Below are positions 28,670 to 38,513 of a stretch of DNA of 64,000 bases, piece by piece. The position numbers and the translations under genes are program-made. Source of the DNA: an uncultured archaeon (lineage in GTDB: Archaea; Thermoplasmatota; Penumbrarchaeia; JASLWR01); contig CAYFHS010000001.1 in the NCBI GenBank assembly GCA_964342815.1, positions 147,849 through 211,848 of the forward strand. Reading direction: 5' to 3'. Position 1 is the first letter of the stretch; each line of letters opens with the position of its first letter. A model generated the notes under the pieces. The model ran no database searches. It was not told the origin of the DNA and was given only the letters and a program-made list of their open reading frames with translations.

Positions 28670-31600
28670 ATGAGAAAGATAATATTGCTGATGGTTATCT
28701 TGTTGTTGTTGGCACCCTTTAATGTATTCTTTACAGCCGACCGTTCATCGTTTGTTTCCAACACTGGTACAAACGACATGAACAATCAGCTTAATTCGCA
28801 GAGCGGCAGTAGAGATGCAACCTCGAACCCATACAATTCAATATTCTACGAAGATTTCGAAAGTGGATTTGTGAATTGGACATCGTCGGGTGCTGAGATC
28901 AACCAAGAAGCCCATAACGAACCGAGCCAATCGAACTCGGCCAACCTGGACGGCCAAGGAGATACTCTTACAACTAATGCCATAGATCTTCGCGGCTACG
29001 GTTACGGCCACATGGATTTCAACGTCCAACCTGGAGGCGGAAGTGATCCCCCGGAAGTAGGGGACGACCTCACTGCATGGATGAACCTGCAAACAGTCGG
29101 ATGGATGAGGGTAAACATCAGCAAGGGAACCGGATTATCATCACCAGATTTCACCGCTGTTTTCATCGGACTGCCCAAATCCGCATTCCATCAGAACTTT
29201 CAGATACGCTTCACCACTCAGAGTACTGGCGGAGGTACCGATGATTGGTACATTGATAATGTGAAAGTGATCGTTACCGAAGGATCAAATTTATTTTTTG
29301 ATGATTTTCCAGCAAATCCGCCGAACAATGCTTTATGGCCAGTGTCTGCGGGAACGCCGGTGGTGAATGGCAACGGCCAGAATATTCCAAGCACGGGTAC
29401 CGCGCTGAATTTGGACGGTTCCGCCGATACCTTGCAATCCAGGGAAATCAACCTGGCACGCATCAGTGAGGCATATTTGTATTATTGCTGGGAGCAGGGG
29501 GATGGCAGTAATGGCAATCGTGACGAACCCGAAAGTGGAGATGACTTTATTTTTGAATATTATGTTGTCGATCCGGCTCCCCAGTGGGTGCAGTTGGAGC
29601 TTGTGTCTCAGGAAGGAGGAAATGATCCGGGCCGACCGTACTTCATCTATTCCACCGTTTCTCTACCGTGGGATGCCCACCACGAACAGTTTAAATTCCG
29701 TATACGTACGAATCAGGCCGAAAATGGTCTTGATGATTGGTTCTTCGATAACATAGGATTGAATACTGCACCTTCCTATACTGCAGCATTTTTCGACAAT
29801 TTTGATGGCGGCCAACTTACCAACGAAAATTGGCCGTCCGGAAATCGGAAAGGTTCACCTCAGGTAAACAACAGGGGTGCGAATGAACCCTCACCGACCT
29901 ATTCAATGAATCTCGACGGAAGTGGGGACACGGTTATATCGACCACTATCGATATATCCTGGGCACCCTGGGCCACCCTGTCATACTGGTGGCAGCAGGG
30001 AGGAGGGGGTGACGAGCCTGAAGCTAATGACAATCTCATCGTCGAAATAAACGTGAGCTCCGGATGGCGGGTGGTCAAAACACACCTGGGTGCTACCCAG
30101 GGAACAAACACGTTTACCATGGAAGAATTCCCGCTGCCCCAGGATGCATTATACGACAAGTTCAGAGTAAAGTTCAGCACTACCCAGGGCCAGAACAGCC
30201 AGGATGATTGGTTTATCGATAACGTGAGCGTAAGAAAGGGAAAAGTGGCAAATCCGCCCGATATATTTGAAGATGCCTTCGATTCCGGGAACATTCAGTC
30301 GAATTGGGAAATATTGAAGGGTAATCCTCAGATCAACGGGGACGGTAAGAATGAACCGTCACCTTCATCTTCCCTGAATTTCGACGGTCAGGGTGATATG
30401 ATCGCCAGCGGCGGGATCGATCTGGGATCTTCCGGTTCGGCCATTTTCAGTTTCATGTGGCAGCAGACCGGGGACGCGAACGATCCTGAAAATGGAGACG
30501 ACCTATTTGCTGACATACTACTCCATCCAACAGGGTGGTTCAACGTATTCCACGCAAAGGGTGCGGACCAGGCTAAAAACTTCTATTCCAATTTCACATT
30601 CGTATTACCCAATACCGCACTACATGGCAATTTCAGAGTGAGATTCAGGGTGAGCTCTACGGAGGGAGTTGGAAAGGATGATTGGTTCGTCGACAACGTA
30701 TCGATAAAGGGTAATGCGGCCATTGGATTCAGAAAGGTGGGTGTATATTACGAATATTCCGACAGAGAGGAAGAAGGGATCAATCCGGTAAAAGCATTGA
30801 GCTCTCAATTTACCGATTTTAAGCTGTTCCTGTTCGATAACTACAAGTATGCGGCAGAAAATCTTAGTACCTTGGATTTTTTCATAATCTGTGAGCAGGA
30901 AAGTCTGGCAGCCGGCAAAGCAGGTGACATTCATAATTACTGGAAAAGTTCCATGACCGATTTATTCAACATTACCGGTAGGGTTGTAGTGCTCGATGGA
31001 GGCTCGGGAAATTCCAGGCTCTTGGTAAGTTCGTTTCTAAGCTCCAATGCCCATCAAAATGTCCCGGGAAATCCCAATATTGACAATGACATGCCCAACC
31101 ATCCAATTTCTAATGGATTGCCGAATATCTTCGCCGGTCCCACGGAAGTGGCACATTTTGCCGGGGTAAACGGAAGAGAGGTGATGTCCGTAAACAACAA
31201 TCCCGTGGTGGTTGAGAAACGAGCTGCACGGGGTTCGGTAATGCTTTTCGGCTTCGATTACTCGGAATGGAATGTATATACCGAGAAATTACTTTTCAAT
31301 GCATTCAACTGGTCAGTGACGAATAAAATCCATGCGGGCGAGCCCACTATTAAACGAAATGAGGTATTTGCAGGTCTTCCGGTAACGATGTTGGTGGATG
31401 TGGGCGACACCATCGGACCCGATGACGTCAGCAGGGTCAGGGTGGAATTCAACGATACAGGTGTGGGTTTCGAATACGAGAGTGAAAATGTAAGGAAATT
31501 TGGAAATAATAATGGGACTGTCTCTCTGGATTCATGGAAAGTTGAAAAAGGTGTGGAGAACTTTACACTTAATCTGACCCTATCTTTCGGGTGGGATTTC

Positions 31601-34546
31601 CCCGTTGGGGTGCCAGTGGACGTCAAGGTAAATGCCTATGCGTTAATGGCGGATAATGTTGAGAGCGAAAACGAAAGCCTGGATCTCTTTACCGTGAAGA
31701 ACGAGGTTAGTTTCTTTGGACAAGCCGTGGCAAAGAACGAGAGCGGCGAAGTAATACCATCCGGTGGTTACTGCAAGGCGGGTGAAATTATCACCATAAC
31801 CGGTATAAGGGTGGTTTACAGTGGAGAGGAGAACGTTTACCCGCCGGACGACCAATTCGATGTGAATCTTTGGGGAGACGGGGGTAACGACCACTGGATG
31901 GACATGGTATCATCAGGGGAGAATATCTCCATCGAAATCGTAGTGCCGAACCGGGGTATGGGGAATTATTCTTTCAAATTAAATCTTTCAGGTCCTGCTC
32001 GCTTCAATTCGGATCCGGAAGCATTTTTTTACGTGATGATCGATAATGCCACCCCAACCCTTTCGAACCCTCACCCGGAAGAGGGAATGTGGTTTAACAG
32101 CACAACGGTGAAGTGCACCATCGAGATCAACGACACAGAACAATCCGACGACCTAAGTATTGTGAAATGCTCCTATTCCATTGATGACAATCAAACCTGG
32201 TCCAATTGGGTGGAAGTGGACAAAATTGAGAACGGGGTTGCAGAAAAGACCCTGACCCTTGCCCGGGGAAAAGTAAATCTGGTCAAATGGCAGGCCTGGG
32301 ATCGTCTGGGGAACGGACCAATCATCTTCGGCCCAACTCCAGTCTGGATCGACAACGAGGGAGTGGATTTCAGTGATTTTTCAGCTAAGGTAGGCACTCT
32401 CACGCCCATGTGTAAAATCAATGTCAGCGACAGGATCTCCGGTATAAACGAGCAGGAGCTGTGGGTGCGGCAATCCACAGACAGCGGAAATAATTGGGAG
32501 GACTGGGTACATCCGGAAAAAACATCGGGAGACGAAGGGTTCGAATTAAGCTATATTGCTTCTTTGCAGGAAGGGAACGGGAACCGCATTCAGTGGAAAG
32601 TGGGGGATGTCGCAGGAAATATGAATGTCAGCGAGCATTCAATAAACGTGGATGCCTCCTCCGCAAATCTCGAAGTGAAACTGGTCTCTCCAAAGGACGG
32701 GGCAAACTCGAGTTTGAGACCAACGTTGGAGTGGAGTCTTTCTAGTGGTTCTGGAGCGACTTTCAAACTTTTCCTGTCACAAACTCCCGATATTGATGTC
32801 GATATCGATACTCCGGAAACCGAAACCGATAACTTAACGTATACTTTCGACGAGGATATTTCCGATATGACCAGATATTACTGGACCGTAATACCCTTCA
32901 AGGGCGATGACATTGGGACCTGCATTAGCGATATCTGGTCATTCACGGCGGTGGAAGGAACCCAACCGGAAGTTGTTTTACGATCTCCGGAGGATTCAAA
33001 AAATACAGGGCTGCATCCCAATTTTATGTGGGATTTGGCAAGACCGAAAGAGGATGTCCAGTACCGACTCTTTGTAAGCAATAAGAGCGATATAGATACC
33101 TCAAACGTTTCACTAGCGAAAAAGATCCTTCAAAGCACTTCGCATACATACGAAGACGATCTTCTGGATACTGAGACATATTACTGGACCGTAATCCCTT
33201 TCATTATGGATGGGGACGTGGAGACAGTCGGCACATGTCTTAGCGGGATATGGTCGTTCGTTGCAGACGCTAATTTTACCTCGAAATGGGAATTTAACAT
33301 TACGGTGGACCTCGAAGTAAAGAGTGCTGAGTTCCATGCGGGAGATTTCATGAACTTTACAGTTAATATTAATAATTCCGGAAATATTTTCGATAAATAC
33401 AATATCTCCCTTAGTGAGAGCTGGGACTATAACACAACCGGATCTTTCAATGTACAAGCGAACAAGATCGGTAAAATCAAGATATCGATAGTGCTGCCAT
33501 CGTTTATCGCCCTTGGGAACCACACTCTGGATATCACTGTTACTTCAGAGCACAATAACACCCTGTCGAGAAAAAGTCAGGTTTTTTATGCCGTAGTTCA
33601 GCCTGGGGGGACGAATACCCCAGGTGACACCAACGAGACGGAAGGGGGTTTCTTTTCGGAGATTTCCATGCTTTGGATCATTCTTGGAATCGTAGTTCTG
33701 CTGCTGATCATTGTGATAATAGTTATCATAATTAGAAGACGGGACGACGATTGGGATGAAGATGATGACGATGAATACGACGACGACGACGAATATGATG
33801 AGGACGAAGAGGATGAAGAGGAGGAATTCGGTCGTATTCGGAAGGATGCCGACGGAATCCAGACATCACCTATGCTGGCACAAGGCCTACAGATGACCCC
33901 ATGTACCAATTGCAGCAAACCCATCCCATCTAATACCCTTTTCTGTACGCACTGTGGAATGAAACAGAGCAAGGAAGCCGCATTACCAGCAGCTGCCGAT
34001 AAACCACTTCTAACCGAAGGGGAAACCGAACTGGAGATCGAGGACTTGGATGTGGAGGAGGATTCCGCCATTACCCTTGATGAGCTGATGAACCGAGCGT
34101 CATTGCTGATTGATACTCCCAAAAAGGAGGAGGAGCCCGTTAAGGAAACAGTGGAAGAACCGGACATAGAGGTTGTTGGCGATGTGAAAGAGGAAAAAGA
34201 ACTCACAATCGATGACGTAACTTCAGTCGACCAGCTTCTGGACATCATGGTGGTGGAGAGCGAACCCCTGGATGATGACGACGAGGACATTATAGAAGTC
34301 GTTGCCACTGCTCCCTTAGAGGAAGATGATGAAGTGCTACCCATGCCCACAATATCCGTTGCTCCGTTTGACGAGGAAGACGATGAGGATCTGGCGGCAC
34401 CTGAACCCGTGCTCTCCATCGAAGATGTGATGATGGAGATAGCCGGCGAACCCGACTTGGATGAGCCACCGGAACCTGAATCCGTGGCGCCACCGGCTCA
34501 AGCGCCTCCTGGTCACGCACCACCTCCTCCGCCACCCCCCGAGTAA
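28670..34546 (+). CDS. Giant single-pass surface protein: 4 jelly-roll (reelin-subrepeat-like) repeats, GATase-like domain, stalk, TM, acidic tail with zinc ribbon
   Basis: Four ~155-aa repeats F.(E/D)(D/N/A)F...NEPS...N(L/F)DG.GD...IDL...LP..A.H..F..RF...DDW(Y/F)(I/V)DN(V/I); GATase-like segment ending GSVMLFG...LLFNAFNW; TM; CTNC...CTHC; D/E-rich tail. Confidence 0.8.
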   Translation: MRKIILLMVILLLLAPFNVFFTADRSSFVSNTGTNDMNNQLNSQSGSRDATSNPYNSIFYEDFESGFVNWTSSGAEINQEAHNEPSQSNSANLDGQGDTLTTNAIDLRGYGYGHMDFNVQPGGGSDPPEVGDDLTAWMNLQTVGWMRVNISKGTGLSSPDFTAVFIGLPKSAFHQNFQIRFTTQSTGGGTDDWYIDNVKVIVTEGSNLFFDDFPANPPNNALWPVSAGTPVVNGNGQNIPSTGTALNLDGSADTLQSREINLARISEAYLYYCWEQGDGSNGNRDEPESGDDFIFEYYVVDPAPQWVQLELVSQEGGNDPGRPYFIYSTVSLPWDAHHEQFKFRIRTNQAENGLDDWFFDNIGLNTAPSYTAAFFDNFDGGQLTNENWPSGNRKGSPQVNNRGANEPSPTYSMNLDGSGDTVISTTIDISWAPWATLSYWWQQGGGGDEPEANDNLIVEINVSSGWRVVKTHLGATQGTNTFTMEEFPLPQDALYDKFRVKFSTTQGQNSQDDWFIDNVSVRKGKVANPPDIFEDAFDSGNIQSNWEILKGNPQINGDGKNEPSPSSSLNFDGQGDMIASGGIDLGSSGSAIFSFMWQQTGDANDPENGDDLFADILLHPTGWFNVFHAKGADQAKNFYSNFTFVLPNTALHGNFRVRFRVSSTEGVGKDDWFVDNVSIKGNAAIGFRKVGVYYEYSDREEEGINPVKALSSQFTDFKLFLFDNYKYAAENLSTLDFFIICEQESLAAGKAGDIHNYWKSSMTDLFNITGRVVVLDGGSGNSRLLVSSFLSSNAHQNVPGNPNIDNDMPNHPISNGLPNIFAGPTEVAHFAGVNGREVMSVNNNPVVVEKRAARGSVMLFGFDYSEWNVYTEKLLFNAFNWSVTNKIHAGEPTIKRNEVFAGLPVTMLVDVGDTIGPDDVSRVRVEFNDTGVGFEYESENVRKFGNNNGTVSLDSWKVEKGVENFTLNLTLSFGWDFPVGVPVDVKVNAYALMADNVESENESLDLFTVKNEVSFFGQAVAKNESGEVIPSGGYCKAGEIITITGIRVVYSGEENVYPPDDQFDVNLWGDGGNDHWMDMVSSGENISIEIVVPNRGMGNYSFKLNLSGPARFNSDPEAFFYVMIDNATPTLSNPHPEEGMWFNSTTVKCTIEINDTEQSDDLSIVKCSYSIDDNQTWSNWVEVDKIENGVAEKTLTLARGKVNLVKWQAWDRLGNGPIIFGPTPVWIDNEGVDFSDFSAKVGTLTPMCKINVSDRISGINEQELWVRQSTDSGNNWEDWVHPEKTSGDEGFELSYIASLQEGNGNRIQWKVGDVAGNMNVSEHSINVDASSANLEVKLVSPKDGANSSLRPTLEWSLSSGSGATFKLFLSQTPDIDVDIDTPETETDNLTYTFDEDISDMTRYYWTVIPFKGDDIGTCISDIWSFTAVEGTQPEVVLRSPEDSKNTGLHPNFMWDLARPKEDVQYRLFVSNKSDIDTSNVSLAKKILQSTSHTYEDDLLDTETYYWTVIPFIMDGDVETVGTCLSGIWSFVADANFTSKWEFNITVDLEVKSAEFHAGDFMNFTVNINNSGNIFDKYNISLSESWDYNTTGSFNVQANKIGKIKISIVLPSFIALGNHTLDITVTSEHNNTLSRKSQVFYAVVQPGGTNTPGDTNETEGGFFSEISMLWIILGIVVLLLIIVIIVIIIRRRDDDWDEDDDDEYDDDDEYDEDEEDEEEEFGRIRKDADGIQTSPMLAQGLQMTPCTNCSKPIPSNTLFCTHCGMKQSKEAALPAAADKPLLTEGETELEIEDLDVEEDSAITLDELMNRASLLIDTPKKEEEPVKETVEEPDIEVVGDVKEEKELTIDDVTSVDQLLDIMVVESEPLDDDDEDIIEVVATAPLEEDDEVLPMPTISVAPFDEEDDEDLAAPEPVLSIEDVMMEIAGEPDLDEPPEPESVAPPAQAPPGHAPPPPPPPE

Positions 34547-34901
34547 GAATTCATCGGTCTGTTTAGGGCCCCAGGTGGAAATTACGGATAGTATAACCAT
34601 ATCTGATTCAAGTGTATGCGCTCTTCGCCTTGGTTCCGGGTCCATTAGCACAATTTTAGAAAATCCTTAATAATACAAAATCCTTAATTATCTAATCCCC
34701 CATTTCTCCGATGTTTCCGCTCGCCGGGATTTAATATTCCTTTTTGATCGACAATAATCAAGGTGAATGATTTGTCCATGGAAAACCACTTTTTAGAACC
34801 CACCCCGTACTCCTTGCCAAGTCAGATGTGCAGTCAGGTACATCGAGACCGCCCCAAAAAGCGACCCAAAAAAGAATAGGAGGGATTGTATTTCCGATGT
34901 G

Positions 34902-36446
34902 ATGAAAAATAAGATCGAGGAGCTTAGAAGAAAGAAAGAAGAAATGAAGCTGGGGGGCGGCAGGGAGCGTATAGTTCAGCAGCATAACAAGGGTAAATTA
35001 ACGGCAAGAGAGAGGATCGATCTTTTGCTGGATGCTGGTAGTTTTGTGGAGATGGATGCTTTCGCACTTCATCACTGCACCGATTTCGGTATGGAGAAGA
35101 AACGTGTGTTGGGAGATGGAGTGGTCACAGGCTACGGCACCGTGGACGGCCGCCTAGTTTATGTATTTTCTCAGGACTTTACCGTATTCGGCGGATCCCT
35201 TGGTTGGAAATTCGCCGAAAAAGTCTGCAAGGTCATGGATATGGCAATGAAGAACGGCGCACCCATGATAGGCCTGAACGATTCGGGTGGTGCCCGGATC
35301 CAGGAAGGGGTTATATCGCTGGGGGGTTATGCCGAGATATTTTTCAGAAATGTCATGGCTTCAGGTGTTATTCCCCAGATTTCCGCAGTAATGGGACCCT
35401 GCGCCGGAGGTGCGGTCTATTCTCCTGCAATAACGGATTTCATCTTCATGGTAAAGGAAACAAGCCACATGTTCATTACGGGCCCAAACGTGATAAAGGC
35501 TGTCACCGGTGAGAAGGTCAGTTTTGAACAGCTCGGCGGAGCCATGACACACAATGAGAAGAGCGGTGTGGCACACTTTGCTGCCGAGAGCGAGGAGAAC
35601 TGCATCGAATATATCAAAACCCTTCTCGCCTATCTTCCATCGAATAATGTTGATGATCCGCCCAGAGTCGTGCTCGGTGACGACCCGAACCGTATGGACC
35701 CCGAACTGCTGAGCATAATTCCGGACGAATCGGACAAACCATACGATATGAAGGATATAATCAATCGTGTGGTAGACAATGGAGAATTTCTTGAAGTACA
35801 CCAGCATTGGGCAAAGAATATCATCGTGGGTTTTGCCAGGTTAGACGGTTATAGTGTAGGTATTATCGGCAACCAACCCAAAGTGTTGGCCGGTACTCTC
35901 GACATCAACTCCTCCACCAAGGCTGCGAGATTCGTAAGGTTCTGCGATGCTTTCAACATTCCTCTCTTAACCTTCGAGGATGTCCCGGGTTTCCTTCCCG
36001 GCACTTCACAGGAATACGGCGGAATAATCCGAAACGGGGCCAAATTGTTATATGCCTACAGCGAGGCAACCGTTCCCAAGATGACGGTCATTACCAGAAA
36101 GGCATACGGCGGTGCCTATGACGTTATGTGCTCTAAACACATCCGGTCCGATATCAACTATGCATGGCCGTCGGCAGAGCTTGCGGTAATGGGGCCGGGG
36201 GGCGCCGTAAATATAATTTTCCGAAAGGAAATTCAGGCATCCGAGGAACCTGAACGAAGGGCTGAGGAGCTGGTGGGGCAGTACCGTGAAAAATTCGCCA
36301 ATCCCTACATTGCGGCAGAGATGGGGTACATAGACGACATAATCGAACCGCAGGAGACACGGCCGAGGATAATCAACGCTTTAAAAACTCTGTTGAATAA
36401 GAGGGAATCCCGTCCGGCCAAGAAACATGGAAATATACCTTTGTGA
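34902..36446 (+). CDS. pccB: Acyl-CoA carboxylase carboxyltransferase subunit (PccB/MmdA-like)
   Basis: [61 protein letters not shown]-terminus. Confidence 0.93.
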   Translation: MKNKIEELRRKKEEMKLGGGRERIVQQHNKGKLTARERIDLLLDAGSFVEMDAFALHHCTDFGMEKKRVLGDGVVTGYGTVDGRLVYVFSQDFTVFGGSLGWKFAEKVCKVMDMAMKNGAPMIGLNDSGGARIQEGVISLGGYAEIFFRNVMASGVIPQISAVMGPCAGGAVYSPAITDFIFMVKETSHMFITGPNVIKAVTGEKVSFEQLGGAMTHNEKSGVAHFAAESEENCIEYIKTLLAYLPSNNVDDPPRVVLGDDPNRMDPELLSIIPDESDKPYDMKDIINRVVDNGEFLEVHQHWAKNIIVGFARLDGYSVGIIGNQPKVLAGTLDINSSTKAARFVRFCDAFNIPLLTFEDVPGFLPGTSQEYGGIIRNGAKLLYAYSEATVPKMTVITRKAYGGAYDVMCSKHIRSDINYAWPSAELAVMGPGGAVNIIFRKEIQASEEPERRAEELVGQYREKFANPYIAAEMGYIDDIIEPQETRPRIINALKTLLNKRESRPAKKHGNIPL

Positions 36447-36450
36447 TCAC

Positions 36451-37986
36451 ATGTTCCGAAAGATACTTGTTGCCAATCGGGGGGAGATTGCTCTCCGGGT
36501 CATGAGGACCTGCAGGGAAATGGGAATCTCCACCGTGGGAATTTATTCTGATATCGATGCGTATGCTCTTCATTCACGATACGCCGACGAATCATATCGT
36601 GTCGGGGACAATCCATCCCGTAAAAGTTACCTGAATGCCGAAAGGATCCTCGAAATAGCGAAGGAGACCGGGTCGGAGGCAATTCATCCCGGTTACGGTT
36701 TTCTCGCGGAAAATGCCGATTTTGCCCGGAAATGCGAGACGAAAGACATAATTTTCATCGGGCCTTCTTCAGATTCCATGGCAAGTGTCGGGGACAAGAT
36801 CGCCTCACGTCGATTAGTGAAGAAGGCAGGGATACCAATAACCGCTGGTAGTGAAGGGGCCGTTGACGAGAACAACGCCCACGAAATTGCCAGGGAAATC
36901 GGTTATCCCGTCATCCTGAAATCCTCGGCCGGAGGGGGTGGGATAAGCATGGGGGTGGTGGAGGAGCCCGGGGATCTGATCAATAAACTCGAAATCGCTC
37001 GTTCCTCATCGTTATCGTCTTTTGGTGACCCGAACATATTCATGGAAAAATATCTCCTTCGACCAAGACACATCGAATTTCAGATACTTGCAGATAGACA
37101 AGGGAACGTGATTCATCTTGGTGAGCGTGAATGCTCCATCCAACGCAGGTTCCAGAAGCTTATAGAAGAAGCTCCCAGCGTTGTTGTGGATGATGAGAAA
37201 AGAGATCTTGTTGGGGAGAGGGCGGTGGAAATTGCGAGATTGGCAGGCTATGTGAACGCGGGGACAATGGAATTTCTTTACCAGGACGGGGAATTCTATT
37301 TCAATGAGGTCAATGCAAGGCTGCAGGTCGAGCATCCCATCACGGAGCTGGTGACCGGTGTGGACCTCGTAAAGGAGCAGATTCGAATTGCCGACGGAGA
37401 GCCGCTGGCTTTTTCACAGAGCGACATAAAATTTCGTGGATGGGCCATGGAGTGCCGGATCAACGCAGAGAACCCCTTCAATAACTTCATCCCTTCGCCC
37501 GGAACGGTGGTGGACTACCAGCTTCCCGGCTCCATAGGTGTCCGGGTGGATTCGGGTATTGTTTCCGGTTCCGTGATCCCGACGTTTTACGATTCTCTCT
37601 TCGCAAAGGTCGTGGTTCATGCGGATACAAGGGAAAGCGCCTTGGAGAGGATGAGAAGAGCATTGAGTGAGATGAAGGTAGAGGGAATCGATACGAACAT
37701 TCCGTTCCATTTGCATGTGCTGGACGATGTATCATTCAAGAAGGGTGACTTCGATACGAACTTCATTGTAAAAAGAAAAATCATTGAGGATCTATGCGAA
37801 AAAGGGGAAGAGCTGAGACGTGAAATGAATCGAAGAGCTGCGGCGGTCTCGGTTGCGCTTGCTTTGTCAAAAGAAGGGATGGCAAAATTTCACCGGTCCG
37901 AGGATGAAAAGATATCGGTGGATACTGTCAGCAAATGGAAAATGGCGGGTAGGTTGGAGCGGCTCGGCGGGGGGTTGAGCTCATGA
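36451..37986 (+). CDS. accC: Biotin carboxylase subunit
   Basis: KILVANRGEIALR, IHPGYGFLAEN, GGGG, RECSIQRRFQK, EVNARLQVEHP, ECRINAE. Confidence 0.93.
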   Translation: MFRKILVANRGEIALRVMRTCREMGISTVGIYSDIDAYALHSRYADESYRVGDNPSRKSYLNAERILEIAKETGSEAIHPGYGFLAENADFARKCETKDIIFIGPSSDSMASVGDKIASRRLVKKAGIPITAGSEGAVDENNAHEIAREIGYPVILKSSAGGGGISMGVVEEPGDLINKLEIARSSSLSSFGDPNIFMEKYLLRPRHIEFQILADRQGNVIHLGERECSIQRRFQKLIEEAPSVVVDDEKRDLVGERAVEIARLAGYVNAGTMEFLYQDGEFYFNEVNARLQVEHPITELVTGVDLVKEQIRIADGEPLAFSQSDIKFRGWAMECRINAENPFNNFIPSPGTVVDYQLPGSIGVRVDSGIVSGSVIPTFYDSLFAKVVVHADTRESALERMRRALSEMKVEGIDTNIPFHLHVLDDVSFKKGDFDTNFIVKRKIIEDLCEKGEELRREMNRRAAAVSVALALSKEGMAKFHRSEDEKISVDTVSKWKMAGRLERLGGGLSS

Positions 37987-38513
37987 AATTCGACCTTTTA
38001 TTGGATGGAAAAACATACGACGTGGAGCTGAAGCTCGGCAAAACCGTGGTTGTTAAACTCAATGGTGAAACATTCCAGGCAGAAATGGGCCAAAGTGAAA
38101 AGGGTTTCAATATTTTATTGGACGGAAAGAAATCTCTTGTACTGCTGACAGGTTCCCATGTTTCGGTTGACGGCCATCGACATCTGGTGGAAGTGAGGAA
38201 TCTGAGGAGAGGGACGCCTTCATGGTGTAATAATTCTGAAGAAGGTAAAGAAGGTCCGGCACCCAACCCTTCAAGGATAATCTCTTGTGGTGAAGGCGTG
38301 GTTTATCCACCCATGCCAGGGAGGGTAGTTGCCATAAACGTCACGGAAGGCGATCAGGTAAAGATCGGCTCTTCGATCCTGATACTTGAAGCCATGAAGA
38401 TGCAAAATGAGATTTGTTCGAAATGGAGTGGGCGCGTGCGGGAGATAAAGGTATCCGTAGGCGATATGGTTGAATCGGGGGATGTATTGATGGTAATAGG
38501 AAATAAACCTTAA
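37983..38513 (+). CDS. Biotin carboxyl carrier protein
   Basis: PPMPGRV...EAMKMQNEI biotinylation motif. Confidence 0.92.
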   Translation: MKFDLLLDGKTYDVELKLGKTVVVKLNGETFQAEMGQSEKGFNILLDGKKSLVLLTGSHVSVDGHRHLVEVRNLRRGTPSWCNNSEEGKEGPAPNPSRIISCGEGVVYPPMPGRVVAINVTEGDQVKIGSSILILEAMKMQNEICSKWSGRVREIKVSVGDMVESGDVLMVIGNKP

